From: Octopus sinensis
Lineage: Eukaryota
Direction of reading: 5' to 3'
DNA: 64,000 nt
Assembly (NCBI RefSeq): GCF_006345805.1
Contig: NC_043014.1
Span: forward strand, 47,430,001 to 47,494,000
A program made the translations under genes and the position numbers. This document shows positions 26,697 to 39,279 of the stretch, one piece after another. The notes under the pieces were generated by a model. That model was given only the letters and a program-made list of their open reading frames with translations. It was not told the DNA's origin and ran no database searches. Numbering within the stretch: position 1 is the first letter of the stretch; each line of letters begins with the position of its first letter.

Positions 26697-27254
26697 TGGT
26701 AAAAACGGTAAGATAACAAAAGAAAGAAAGAGACCTCGGTATTATGTAAATAGAGGAATTTATCTGTAAATATATGGGTGTTGGACAGCTGGAGTTTGAA
26801 AAGATGCAGTGGCGAGGCGGGGCTCGTGGGGTCCGAGCTAAACCCGCCCCCACTCCATCCGTAATGTCTTCTGGTCTGTTCAATCATTCGATTCTTGTTT
26901 TAATTATATTGTCATTTTTTTTGTAAATTTTTTTAATTTCATCATTTTGTGTAATTAACATTCGTTAGTCTGACCCCATATCAGATTGTATTGTCCCCTC
27001 TATGTTCGCCCCTTGTGGGTAATAAAAAAAATCAGATGCTCAGAGTTATTGTTAGTAAGATGGTTAATAATTTTATGGGTTTATGTGTGTGTCTGTGTGT
27101 CTGTATTAAATAGCAAATAATAATTATTTCCATTTTTGAAGTATTGCATTGCCAGATGCCCTAATTGATGGCAAATCCTTTCAAGTTGCCTCTAGCAGAA
27201 TGCCAGTCTATGTAGTGCATGTACTCACTCTCGTACCTATTTTATATATATATA

Positions 27255-27648
27255 CTCTTTTACTTGTTTCAGTCATTTGACTGCGGCCATGCTGGAGCAC
27301 CGCCTTTAATCGAGCAACTCGACCCCGGGACTTATTCTTTTGTAAGCCCAGTACTTATTCTATCGGTCTCTTTTGCCGAACCACTAAGTAACGGGGACAT
27401 AAACACACCAGCATCGGTTGTCAAGCAATGCTGGGTGACAAACACAGACACACAAACACACACACGCATATATATACATATATACGACGGGCTTCTTTCA
27501 GTTTCCGTCTACCAAATCCACTCACAAGGCTTTGGTCGGCCCAAGGCTATAGTAGAAGACACTTGCCCAAGGTGCCACGCAGTGGGACTGAACCCGGAAC
27601 CATGTGGTTGGTAAACAAGCTACTTACCACACAGCCACTCCTGCGCCT
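27255..27648 (-). mobile_element. SINE family A
   Basis: Full-length copy. Confidence 0.9.
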
Positions 27649-28504
27649 ATATATATATATATAGCTGGTATCTCATCAATATATCGACTGGAAGCCTGAA
27701 AGCTTTCAGCAGTCTTGGGTTGTGTTGGCTTCTCCATCATTTCTGAACAACATTGATATTACCAGGGCGATTGTTGTGATCCACACTGTAGCATACACTA
27801 CCCCCACCTCCTCTTTATTGGCCTTGTGTTGGCTGCTACAACCAGCTGTAACTATTCCAACTTGCCATTGGATTTCTTCTTCTTTGCTGCCAGTTGTGGT
27901 CTTACGCAATTCTGCCATATTCATCATCATCATCATCATTTAGCGTCCACTTTCCATGCTAGCATGGGTTGGACGGTTCGACCAGGGTCTGGGAAGCCAG
28001 GAGGCTGCACCAGGCCCCATTCTTGATCTGGCAGTGTTTCTACGGCTGGATGCCCTTCCTAACGCCAACCACTCCGTGAGTGTAGTGGGTGCTTTTTAAG
28101 TGCCACCTGCACAGGTGCCAGATGAGGCTGGCAAACGGCCACGATCGGATGGTGCTTTTTACGTGCCACCGGCACAGGGGCCAGACGAGGCTGGCAATGG
28201 CCACAATGGTGCATTTTACGTGCCATTAATAACTCAAACTTAAAACAACCCATACCAACATGGAAAAGCAGATGTAAAAATGATTATACACACACAACAC
28301 ACACACACAAATGTGTGTGTGTATATGTGTGTATCAGTTTACTGTTTTCAAAGTTTTGAATACATCATATACAGTCTATACATAGACATATACACCTACA
28401 GTTTCCAGAATTCTGCTGTCTATGGTTTAAATTACAGTTTGGCAGTGGCGTAAGAGTGGTGGTGATGATACAGCGGGGGAGGGAATATTTATTAACTTGA
28501 ACAG

Positions 28505-28520
28505 CCTCTCTCTCTCTTTT

Positions 28521-28558
<38 letters not shown>

Positions 28559-28668
28559 ACTTTCTCTCTCTCTCTCTCTCACTTTCTCTCTCTCTCTCTC
28601 ACTTTCTCTCTCTCTCTCTCTCACTTTCTCTCTCTCTCTCTCTCACTTTCTCTCTCTCTCTCGTCTTC

Positions 28669-28705
<37 letters not shown>

Positions 28706-28790
28706 TTTTCTTTCTCTCTCTCTCTTTTTCTTTCTCTCTCTCTCTTTTTCTTTCTCTCTCTCTCTTTCTCTCTCTCTCTCTCATCTTCAC
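28505..28790. repeat. (CT)n polypyrimidine tract
   Basis: About 290 bp of almost pure pyrimidines. Confidence 0.9.
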
Positions 28791-29216
28791 TCTTTCTGTT
28801 TTTATTTCTCTTTCCCTCTCACCACACACTTGCTAGAAAACTGTATTGCGCACCTTTTAACTTTACTACAACTACTACAACTACTACTACTACTGCTGCT
28901 GCATCTCTGCCACCATCCACCACCACCGCCATTGCCAGAATGCCACTGATAAAGCTGATTCCTACAGGTAGATGAAAATCTCTGCGAGAAGAAACTTCTT
29001 CCCTACACCCCTCCACCCACCACACCCAAGACACCTCCCTCTCACAGCAACAATAACAACATGGCTTTCTACATCCTTCTTGCTGATGTTCAGCAGTGGT
29101 GATGGCAGGGGTGGTGACTGGCGTGACTATATCTATGGCTATATAGATATATAGACAGTGGTCACGGTGATGATAAGTACAGGGCAGTCTGACTATATGC
29201 ATGAATATATATATAT

Positions 29217-29603
29217 AGGTGCAGGAGTGGCTGTGTGGTAAGTAGCTTGCTAACCAACCACATGGTTCCGGGTTCAGTCCCACTGCGTGGCATCTTGGGC
29301 AAGTGTCTTCTGCTATAGCTCCGGGCCGACCAATGCCTTGTGAGTGGATTTCGTAGACGGAAACTGAAAGAAGCCTGTCATATATATGTATGTATGTATA
29401 TATATATATCTGTGTGTGTGTGTCTGTGTTTGTCCCCACCAACATCGCTTGACAACTGATGCTGGTGTCTTTACGTCCCCGTAACTTAGCAGTTCGGCAA
29501 ATGAGTATGATAGAATAAGTCCTGGGGTCGATTTGCTCAACTAAAGGCGGTGCTCCAGCATGGCCACAGTCAAATGACTGTAACAAGTAAAAGAATAAAA
29601 AGA
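29217..29603 (+). mobile_element. SINE family A
   Basis: Full-length copy with small internal deletions. Confidence 0.85.
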
Positions 29604-29699
29604 CTGTGAACCGTGTGATTATATGTGTATGAATATATACACAGTGGTCAGTGTGACTATATGGACATTAGGACATAGACAGTTTCCACTCTTGTTACA

Positions 29700-29890
29700 C
29701 CAACTACTGACCATTCTTGTACAGTGTGCAACAAGAATGCCTCCCACAGCATGCCAGGCTGTTTTTTTCAATCGCTTTCATGAAGTTCCTGAAAGACCAT
29801 CATTTTGTATGGATGCTATTTGAGATCGGTGTGTAAAATTCCGACAGCTCAGTTGGACAACTGTAAAGCCGAAGCATGTTTATACCCTAT
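29700..29890 (-). mobile_element. Tc1/mariner transposase relic
   Basis: Minus strand reads KHASALQLSN*AV.ILHTDLK*HPYKMMVFQELHESD, the HTH-to-catalytic linker (ILH.DL..HPYK...QEL) of Tc1/mariner transposases, with in-frame stops. Confidence 0.75.
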
Positions 29891-30351
29891 TTTCTGGCAT
29901 AAGGGTTGAACTTTCAGACTAAAATTTACTGTTTAAAAAAAAAAAAAAGGTAGGTTGACTTGTACACCAAGATGACTTTGGAGGACTCCAAATTCCATGT
30001 GAAACGTTGCAGAACTCGGAAAGATAGTTCTAAACTCTTGGTAGGGCTACCCTTGGTGGCAAGGTCAAAGATGAGGGCCCAGACAAAGCATGATCAACCC
30101 CCCAAAGATCCTAGTGATGCAACAAGCTGATGATGATTTTGGCAGATCTCATCACTGGAACTAGGGGATGAAGTGAGCTATGTATGACAGACATGCTACA
30201 GAAGGTACCACTCAAAACTATAACTGGGTCAGTGGCATTCCATTGCAGTTTCATAACTGGATCCTGCATATCTCAATGTATATGTGCCACAGAAGAAGGT
30301 CATGAAATCAAGTGTGTGGGTCACTTACTGGCAAATTGGGGTCTGCCTTAA

Positions 30352-30572
30352 CCCTTTAGCATTTAAAACCGGCCGTATCCGGCCTAAATATTCTACCAGT
30401 TTTATGTTAAAACTGGCCGGATCTAGCCTCTTACACCTAGCCTACAATGTCTTTCTAAAACTAAATAATCACATCATGAAACTGTCTTAGCTACAAGATA
30501 ATGCATGGTTAATTCAAAGCAATGTGAATAAGTAAGCAGAGCATTTGACAGAGTAATCTGAATGCTAAAGGG
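30352..30572. mobile_element. piggyBac-like MITE (family D)
   Basis: 12-bp TIR CCCTTTAGCATT/AATGCTAAAGGG flanked by TTAA on both sides (30348-30351, 30573-30576). Confidence 0.85.
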
Positions 30573-31020
30573 TTAAACAAATCCATGCCATTAGCACTTT
30601 CTTCTATTCTGATTGTCTTTTACCTCTAACCATATGAAGACTCTGTTACGTCTGCCTAAGTTCACTAGAGTTGCACCGATGGTTGTATAAAATATGGGCG
30701 GTTTTTCAGATGCTTCCTGTATTTCAAATTAGTGATTCTCTCATCACTAATTTAACTTTGCATGATTTTGGTGAATATAGTGAGTATGCATATCATCATC
30801 ATCACTTAACATTCAGTTTCCAAGCTGGTATGCGTAAGAGGATTCAACAAGTTCTGACAAATTAGGCGTCTGTGTCATATATTGCAGTTTCCACATTGGG
30901 ATGGGCCTTTTTCTACAGCAGGATGCCCTTTCTAATGCCAACCACCCCAGAGTGTACTGGGTGCCTTTTTCATGACACCAACACAAGTGAAGGTCATCTT
31001 ATAACTTGCAAGGCTAAAGG

Positions 31021-31071
<51 letters not shown>

Positions 31072-31236
31072 TAAGGGTAGAAATTGATATTAATCAATTA
31101 AAACCAGTGGCCTAGCATATTTTTAAAACATTCGAAGATTAAAAATTGTTTTACATACAAAATTTAGAGGACTGACCACTAACAGCATATAGGCTGTCCA
31201 CTTTTAGTGGTCAATCCTCTAAATTTTGTATGTATA

Positions 31237-31272
<36 letters not shown>

Positions 31273-31455
31273 TGTAGTCACATGCAAGTGTATCTGTATG
31301 TATATGCATACATTTATTATACATGCATACACATAGTGTGTGTGTGTGTGTGTGTGTGTATACACACACACATACATATATTATACATGCATAAACACGC
31401 ACATATGTATATAATGTATGTATACATGCATAGATATAAATAGATAAATGCACAT

Positions 31456-31499
<44 letters not shown>

Positions 31500-31504
31500 C
31501 AGAC

Positions 31505-31563
<59 letters not shown>

Positions 31564-32115
31564 CAGACAGATGTAAGGAGCAGTTAAGGAAAGGAATGTT
31601 TTCACAGCTGCCTCACTTTACCACAACATCCACCCGCCTCTTCTCTCTAATATCCTGCATACACCCCATTCACAGACCCACCACCGCTGCCACTACCACC
31701 ACCATTTTCTTAAACACTTCCCAACCATTTAAATAAGCCCAAACTCTATTTTGTATTTTGTTTCTTTCACTGTAAACTTCCGTCACAGAAACAACTGTGT
31801 TTGTTAAACATTTCACAAATTACTTAACCTTTTGGAAACTTTGGCTTGGCTGTTTCTCTTTTAGGTGATGGCCATAACTCTTGGGCCTTACTCTCTTATC
31901 AAATAAATCAAATAAGGGAGACACACACATTTACATATGCATTCAAACTTATTCTATTGGTTTCTCTTGCCAAACATCTAAGTTATGGGGACATAAATAC
32001 ACCAACACCAGTTGTGAAGCAGTGGTGCGGGGACATAGACACAAATACACACACATAGGTTGGACCGTTAGCCCCTACACGCAATTTTTTTCTCTACTTG
32101 TTTCTTTTCTGTGTA

Positions 32116-32153
32116 TCTTTCTGTCGAAGAGCTTAGGCTCGAAACGTAAAAGA
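32116..32153 (+). ncRNA. Minimal type I hammerhead-like motif in a Penelope-like fragment
   Basis: TCTTT-CTGTCGA-A-GAGC-TTAG-GCTC-GAAAC-GTA-AAAGA. Stems I and II pair, stem III is the palindrome ACGT, and core A6 is T. Confidence 0.55.
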
Positions 32154-32248
32154 CTTGTTTTATTTCTATTCCCGAGCGCCATACTAATACATTATTTGTT
32201 TGTACTCCACCTGCCTTCGTCTTTTGTTTATTTTTGTAAACCTTCCCG

Positions 32249-32285
<37 letters not shown>

Positions 32286-33304
32286 TATAAGTAATACTAA
32301 GTAATTAAGGGTTTAGCAACGATTTGCCTCACCACACACCGAATTTAGCAGTCAAAGAGTTATAGCTATTCCTTTCTACTAAAAGGGAGATCTCAGTAAA
32401 ACCACAGCACTTGAAAGGAAAACACAGACAGGCAAGAGAGAAAGAAAATGACGACAATATATATAAATATATATATACACAATGCACTTCTTTCAGTTTC
32501 CATCTACCAAATCTCTCAAGGCTTTGGTCAGCCCAAGACTATTGCCCAAGGGGCCACACAGTAGACTGAACCTGGAACCATGGGGTTTGGGAAGCAAGCT
32601 CTTGCCACACCTGCACCTATATATATATATATATATTTCCTTCTGGTCATTCAAAATGTGACCGCGTGTGTACCGTTGGCGATTTTTTTTTCCTCCGTCT
32701 TTCCTTCTCCTGTGTTTCCAACGAAGAGCTCCGCTTGAATCGTTAAACCCTCCTTCTTTCCTGAGTGTCCAATAATACTATATTTGTTCCACATCCCCGC
32801 GTTGTTGTGTTTTTTTGTGCTTTCATATTTGGATTAACTATATATGTAATACATATATAATATATGGTTTAAAATTGTATTAAAAAGACAGAGGTAAGTG
32901 GAGGTACAACAAACAAGTTGTATAAGTTTTGATGCTCAGGAAAATGGAAGAGTCGCTTGACATTTCAAGCCTGTGCTCTTCTCCAGAAAGGAATAAAAAG
33001 AGAAATCAGATAGAGAGAAGGAAAAAAATGGAGAGAGAAAAAAATCACATGTATGTAGATTTTAGCAAGACTGAAGGGGCCCCCAGTGGCTTTGACCTGT
33101 TCCACTCCAAAACAGCAGGCATTGGTCTTGTTGGTATTCAGATTTCAAGAATTGTAAATCAAATATTAACATATGGTAGAGGAGGAAACCAAAGGGTCAA
33201 TGTTCAAGAGAGAAAGGATTGGGGGTTAAATAGCTAATACAGAGCCTGAGTGGGAGGCAGGGTCAGGGTGGGTCTAGGTGAAGTTGATCTGCTTTAAAGA
33301 TACC

Positions 33305-33525
33305 TATTTCTTTATTGCCCACAAGGAGCTAAACATAGAGAGGGGACAAACAATGACAGACAAACAGATTAAGTCAATTATATCGATCCCAGTGCGTAAC
33401 TGGTACTTATTTAATCGGCCCCGAAAGGATGAAAGGCTAAGTCGACCTCGGCGGAATTTGAACAGACGGAATACCGCAAAGCATTTCGCCCGATGTGTTA
33501 ACGGTTCTCCCAGCTCACCCGTCGT
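33305..33525 (-). mobile_element. SINE family B
   Basis: Reverse-complement copy. Confidence 0.8.
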
Positions 33526-33698
33526 ATCCCAGCTCACCATCATAGAGTGAAGAGAGAGAACATGTCTGTGAGTTAACTTATGTTGGATGGCCATCTTTAG
33601 GATGTGGTCTTGTATGTCTGTGTGTAGTTGTAGTCATAACATGGATGTTAGGCCAGCTAGAAATACCAGCCAAATGCCCCTTAAATCACACTCTAGGG

Positions 33699-33899
33699 CA
33701 GTGGTTTTCAACCAGGGTTCCGCCAGTACAGTCCAGGGGTTCCACAAGAAGTTACAAAACTGCTAAAATCAGCCGTAACTTTTAATTCTCCTGTGCAGAT
33801 ATGTGTGCATAAAACTATTAAATTATTGCACAGGGGTTCCTTGAGCCAGTGGAATGTTTCCTTGGGGTTCCACTCCAGCAAAAATTTTGAAAAGCACTG
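33699..33899. mobile_element. hAT (Charlie/Buster-like) MITE
   Basis: TIR CAGTGGTTTTCAA/TTGAAAAGCACTG with a perfect 8-bp TSD CTCTAGGG (33691-33698, 33900-33907). Confidence 0.9.
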
Positions 33900-35030
33900 C
33901 TCTAGGGTCTTAAAAGAAAGAGAAAATAACACATTGAATGAGGTCATCCTAGATACTCTGTATTATGAATAACTGACTGGATGGTCATGGCTTGATGGCA
34001 TTTGATCATAGGGCTGCTGAATGAAAACTGACTTGGGGCTAAACAGCAAATAAAGTATCTGTTAAACAAGTCACTTGACTCTCCGAGTGTAGAGAGTGTG
34101 CGCATATGTATGAGTGTTTCTTTAGTCAGTGTATCACATGAATCTAAATATATATTTTTAGAGAAGGGGTTTCACTGCCTCCCATCGTAGCCCAAACATG
34201 GCAAGCATATACGTAACAGGTTTATTACTAAAATACATTCCCTCTGCAACTGTGTGATCCCCTCTCTCTCTCTCCCACCACCACCGCCTCTTCCTCCTCC
34301 CCACCTCCTGCTCCTGCTCCTCCCCTCTCTTTCTTGTTATGTAATTATGAAATATTAATTACTGTCCTCCTTGCTTCGGTTTTCTGTCCCCTCCAGCCAA
34401 CTAAGTCACCCTTAAAAACTCCCTACTAATAGGTAGTTGTTACTTCCTTTCAGCCCGAGTACGTTCCACCCTCGTCTCTGTTGGTTACCTGGTTCTTTAT
34501 TGTTGTTGTTGTTGTTATTCTTGTTGGTGTTCTTTGTTATTTTTGTCTAAAAATTGTTTGTTTCTCTTCTATTTCTTCTGCGATTCTTTGTGTGTGTGTG
34601 TGTGGCGGTGGTCGTGGGAGGAAGGGCTCACATTTCTTCACTGATAGCGAAAAGACGAGGAGGAAAGGAACAGTGTTCCTCCCTTCTACCTTTGTTTCTC
34701 TCTTCCTCGCTTCATCTCCCTCACCCCCCACGCCCCTCCCTGCCTCCCTTTCAGCAAGTGTTCACTTTCATTTATTTCCATCCCCAGTTCATCTTACATA
34801 AGTTGTTGTTGTTGAGGTAACCCCTGTCAGTCCTTTACACAGCAGAGACCTACCTATTGATGCCGGCCCAGCTCTGATAAGAGATTTAGGAATTGCAATA
34901 AATATAGTGTTGAAAGATGTAGAATACATTGGAATAGTGTACAACTGTATTAATAGCTATACACACTGTATGTGTGTGTGTGTGTGTTGATGATTGCGTT
35001 GATGATACACACACAAATGGCTATGTATGC

Positions 35031-35106
<76 letters not shown>

Positions 35107-35108
<2 letters not shown>

Positions 35109-35308
35109 TCTTTTACTTGTTTCAGTCATTTGACTGTGGCAATGCTGGAGCACCGCCTTTAGTCGAGCAAATCGATCCTGGGATTTATTCTTTGTAAGCC
35201 CAGTACTTATTCTATCGGTCTCTTTGCTGAACCGCTAATGTTACGGGGACATAAACACACCGCCATCAGTTGTCAAGCAATGCTAGGGGGACAAACACAG
35301 ACACACAA

Positions 35309-35360
<52 letters not shown>

Positions 35361-35524
35361 GATGGGCTTCTTTCAGTTTCCGTCTACCAAATCCACTCAC
35401 AAGGCTTTGGTCGGCCCGAGGCTATAGTAGAAGACACTTACCCAAGATGCCACGCAGTGGGACTGAACCCGGAACCATGTAGGTTGGTAAGCAAGCTACT
35501 TACCACACAGCCACTCCTGCGCCT
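35107..35524 (-). mobile_element. SINE family A
   Basis: Full-length copy. A 5' fragment of a + copy follows at ~35635-35820, where a family B SINE begins at the microsatellite. Confidence 0.9.
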
Positions 35525-35819
35525 ATTTATATACATATATTCTACAAATGTATTAGTAGCTGTATACATTGTTCATATATGCGTGGGTATGTTTGGTTGT
35601 ACAAACTGAATAAATTGAACTCAAAACATGAGTAAGCGCAGAAGTGGCTGTGTGGTAAGTAGCTTGTTTACCAACCACATGGTTCCGGGTTCAGTCCCAC
35701 TGTGTAGCACCTTGGGCAACTGTCTTCTACTATAGCCTCGGGCCGATCAAAGCCTTGTGAGTGGATTTGGTAGACAGAAACTGAAAGAAGCCCGTTGTAT
35801 ATATGTATATATATGTGTG

Positions 35820-36047
35820 TGGCAAGCTGTCAGAATCGTTAGCACGCCGGGTGAAATGCGTAGCCGTATTTCGTCTGCTGTTACATTCTGAGTTCAAACT
35901 TCGCCGAGGTCGACTTCGCCTTTCATCCTTTCGGGGTCGATAAATTAAGTACCAGTTGCGCACTGAGGTCGATGTAATCGACTTAATCCTTTTGTCAGTC
36001 CTTGTTTGTCCCCTCTGTTTAGCTCCTTGTGGGCAATAAAGAAATAA
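35820..36047 (+). mobile_element. SINE family B
   Basis: Full-length copy. Confidence 0.8.
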
Positions 36048-36607
36048 GAAGTGTGTACTTGAGTACTGGTATCAAGGTAATCCATTAATTCCCCCAACTC
36101 CCTCTCAAAATTGCTGACCTTGTTCCTAAGTTAGAATGAATTTGCTTCCTCACTACATTGCACCTTGGACAAGTATCTCTTCTACTATAGTCCCAGACCA
36201 ACTAAAACCTTGTGAGGGGATTTAGTAAACAAAAACTGAAAGAAGCCCATCAGAATCATCATCATCATCATTGTTTAACGTCTGCTTTCCATGCTGGCAT
36301 GGGTTGGATGGTTTGACTGAGGACCAGCAAGCCAGAAGCCTGCAACAGGCTCTAATCTAATCTGGCGAGGTTTCTACAGCTGGGTGGCCTTTCTAATGCC
36401 AACCACTCCAAGAATTTAATGGATATGTTTTACATGCCACTAGCATGGGAACCAGTCAGGCAGCACTGCTTTTTATGTCCCATTGGCACAGACACCAGTC
36501 AGGCGGTACTGGCAACGGCCACATCAACGATTTCACTTGACTCAGTTGGTCTTCTCAAGCACAGCATACTGCCCAACGACTGAAGGATATATATATATAT
36601 ATATGTA

Positions 36608-36638
<31 letters not shown>

Positions 36639-37014
36639 GTGTGTATATATCTTTGTGTTTGTCCTTGTCTCCCACCACTGCTTGATAATCAGTGTTGGTG
36701 TGTTTACATCCCTATAACTTAGTGGTGTGGCAAAAGTGACTGATAAATACCAGGCTTAAAAAATAATAAGTACTGGATTTGATTCTTTTGACTAACAGCT
36801 TGTCAAGGTGGTGCCCCAGCATGGTCACAATCTAATTACTGAAACAAGTAAAAGATAAGATTATTATGAACAGCAGGGAATTGAGAGAATTGGTAAAGCA
36901 TCAGAATAAATGCTATATGGTATTTGTTTTGGCTGTTAATGTTCTAAGTTCAAATTCCAGCAAGGTCACCTTTGCTTTTCATTTCTCTGGGTCAGTAAAA
37001 TAAAGGAAGAATTA

Positions 37015-37127
37015 CAACCGTGTTTCGTGGTCTGCTACCACAACAGCTCCTTTATAGGATCCAGTTAGCTCAAGACATCATCAGGAGGAACCACGTCCAG
37101 TTTCGGCCCCTACTCCTCTACCGTTTT
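37015..37127 (-). ncRNA. Candidate type III hammerhead ribozyme
   Basis: Minus strand GUA-GAGGAG...UUCCUC-CUGAUGA-U-long stem II-GAAAC. Core intact, stem III imperfect. Confidence 0.4.
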
Positions 37128-38025
37128 GATGTGCCCCCCCCCCCTTTCGGAGGTGTTTTCAGCTCTGGTGTTGGGTGCATGTCTTCTTTCTTCTTCTTTC
37201 GAAGAAAAAAGAAAAACAAAGATCAAGTACTGAGGTCAATGTTGTCAACTTACTCCCACCCTTCGAATTTGCTGGCCTTGTGCCTAAATTTGAAGCAGTT
37301 TTTTCTTTTTTTTTTTATTTTGTATTGAAATGTAGACATTTTTGAAATAATTCCATGGAAAGTTGGGTTTTAGCAGGATTTATTTAATCAAGGGAATGAT
37401 TTTTTGTTTTGCAATGAAAGAACTCGGGAATGTATGGACAGCTGACTTTTAGTCATTGTTTTGAGACAATTGTTCTTTATTCAGCATAGTTTCCATTTCT
37501 GGTTTATCATTAAGAGTAGCTAGCAACAAGTGTAGTAGCTATAGTAACACCCACAACAATTTCAATAAAAGTTTTCAAATAATAGCATAATATATAAAAA
37601 AAAAAAATGAGTTAGCAGATACAACAGATGTTTGCACTTTAACTTAAAAAAAAAGGGAAAAAAATGATATTTCAAATGCCTCTTATAGCAATAGTTGCAG
37701 TTTTGCTAGCATTGCTAACCAGAGGGAGGTGATCAATATAGACCAGCTCCTGGAAAGATTAGAATGTAGGAGGAATGTGTTACAAAGGATAGTACCTCTT
37801 TGCCTATGGAAAGGCTCATTCTTACATATAAATGACTGGGCTCTTCCAGAAAAAAGTGAGGAGATTAATATTATTCAGTAGTACAGTTTTTATTTCTGGC
37901 TTTCACTGTACCACCAAGGTTAGCTCTGTGGGTCTTAGGTAGTGTTTTACTCTCCCTGTGCTACCCATCATAGCTCTGTGGCTCTTGGGTAGTGTTTTGT
38001 TTTGGTTTTGTGCGAGCTGGCTTCA

Positions 38026-38256
38026 GGCGGCGAGCTGGCAGAAACGTTAGCAAGCCTGGCAAAATGCTTAGCATTATTTCGTCTGCCGCTATGTTCTGAG
38101 TTCAAATTCCGCCGAGGTCGACTTTGCCTTTCATCCTTTCGGGGTCGATTAAATAAGTACCAGTTACGCACTGGGGTCGATATAATCAACTTAATCCGTT
38201 TGTCTGTCCTCGTTTGTCCTCTCTGTGTTTAGCCCCTTGTGGGTAGTAAAGAAATA
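38026..38256 (+). mobile_element. SINE family B
   Basis: Full-length copy. Further degraded tandem copies at ~38690-39100. Confidence 0.85.
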
Positions 38257-39279
38257 AGTTTTGTACTCTATTGACTCTTTGCTGTGTTATATGCATATAC
38301 ACTATCTAGCAGCACTATTTTCTGCATTTTACACATATTTTTAAGTCCCAAAATTTTGGTCATGTGTTTGTTTGCCTGTGTTTTGATCATTCCCATGTTA
38401 CTTATTAATAGAAGGAGTGTTTCTGTTTACAGCCCTACCCCCCCCTAATTTTGGTTATCTCCATTTCCAGATTTTCATATTCGGTCAATTCCATCATTTC
38501 TTTAATACATTCTCATCATCTGTCATGGCTTACTCTTTAGTTGAATTAACAGAATCAGTAGAGCACCAAACAAAATACCTTGTGATACATGCTTCTGGAG
38601 TTCAAATCTTGCTATGGTCAAATTTGCTTTCATCCTTCTGAGATTTTTTAAAAATAAAGTACCACTGAAATCATCATCATCATACATGGTGAGGTGGCAG
38701 AATCATTAGCACGCCAAACAGAATGCTCAGTGGCATTTCATCAGTCTTTACGTTTTGAGTTCAAATTCCACCAAGGTCAGCTTTGCATTTCATCCTTTCA
38801 GGGTCAATAAAATAAGTATCAGTCATGCACTGGGGTCGATGTAATCAACTAGCCCCCTCCCACAAAATTTCAGGCCTTGGGCCTATAGGAATGAGCTGGC
38901 AGAACTGTTACTGTACCAGACAAAATGCTTAGCAGCATTTCTTCCAGCTGTACATTCTGAGTTCAAATTCCACCAAGGTTGACTTTGCCTTTCACCCTTT
39001 TGATGTCAATAAAATAAGTATCGGTTGAACACTGGGGTTGGCGTAACCAACTTTCCCCTTCCCACAAAATTTCAGGCCTTGTGCCTATAATAGAAATCAA
39101 TATTATTGTTATTATTATTTCATCCTCTCTTTAATAGCAATGTCGGTTTTGTTCACCTGATTCAACATTTAAAACATAAAACATTTTTTTCTTGCAACTA
39201 ATTATCAATTCACAATTCAAGCATGTTAAGGGCATCAATCTCTCACCATGTTGATCTTGAAGAATCTGTGAGGTTGTAG

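Noticed and set aside
37074-37108. Type II hammerhead reading using the inner GAAAC (minus strand)
   Set aside because: No GUH triplet and stem II strands do not pair; the type III reading fits better.
37178-37231. Possible first exon MSSFFFFRRKKKNKDQ ending at CAA|GTACTG
   Set aside because: The GTACTG is the resumed family B SINE tail, and the coding-like part is a TTC/GAA fold-back at the insert end.
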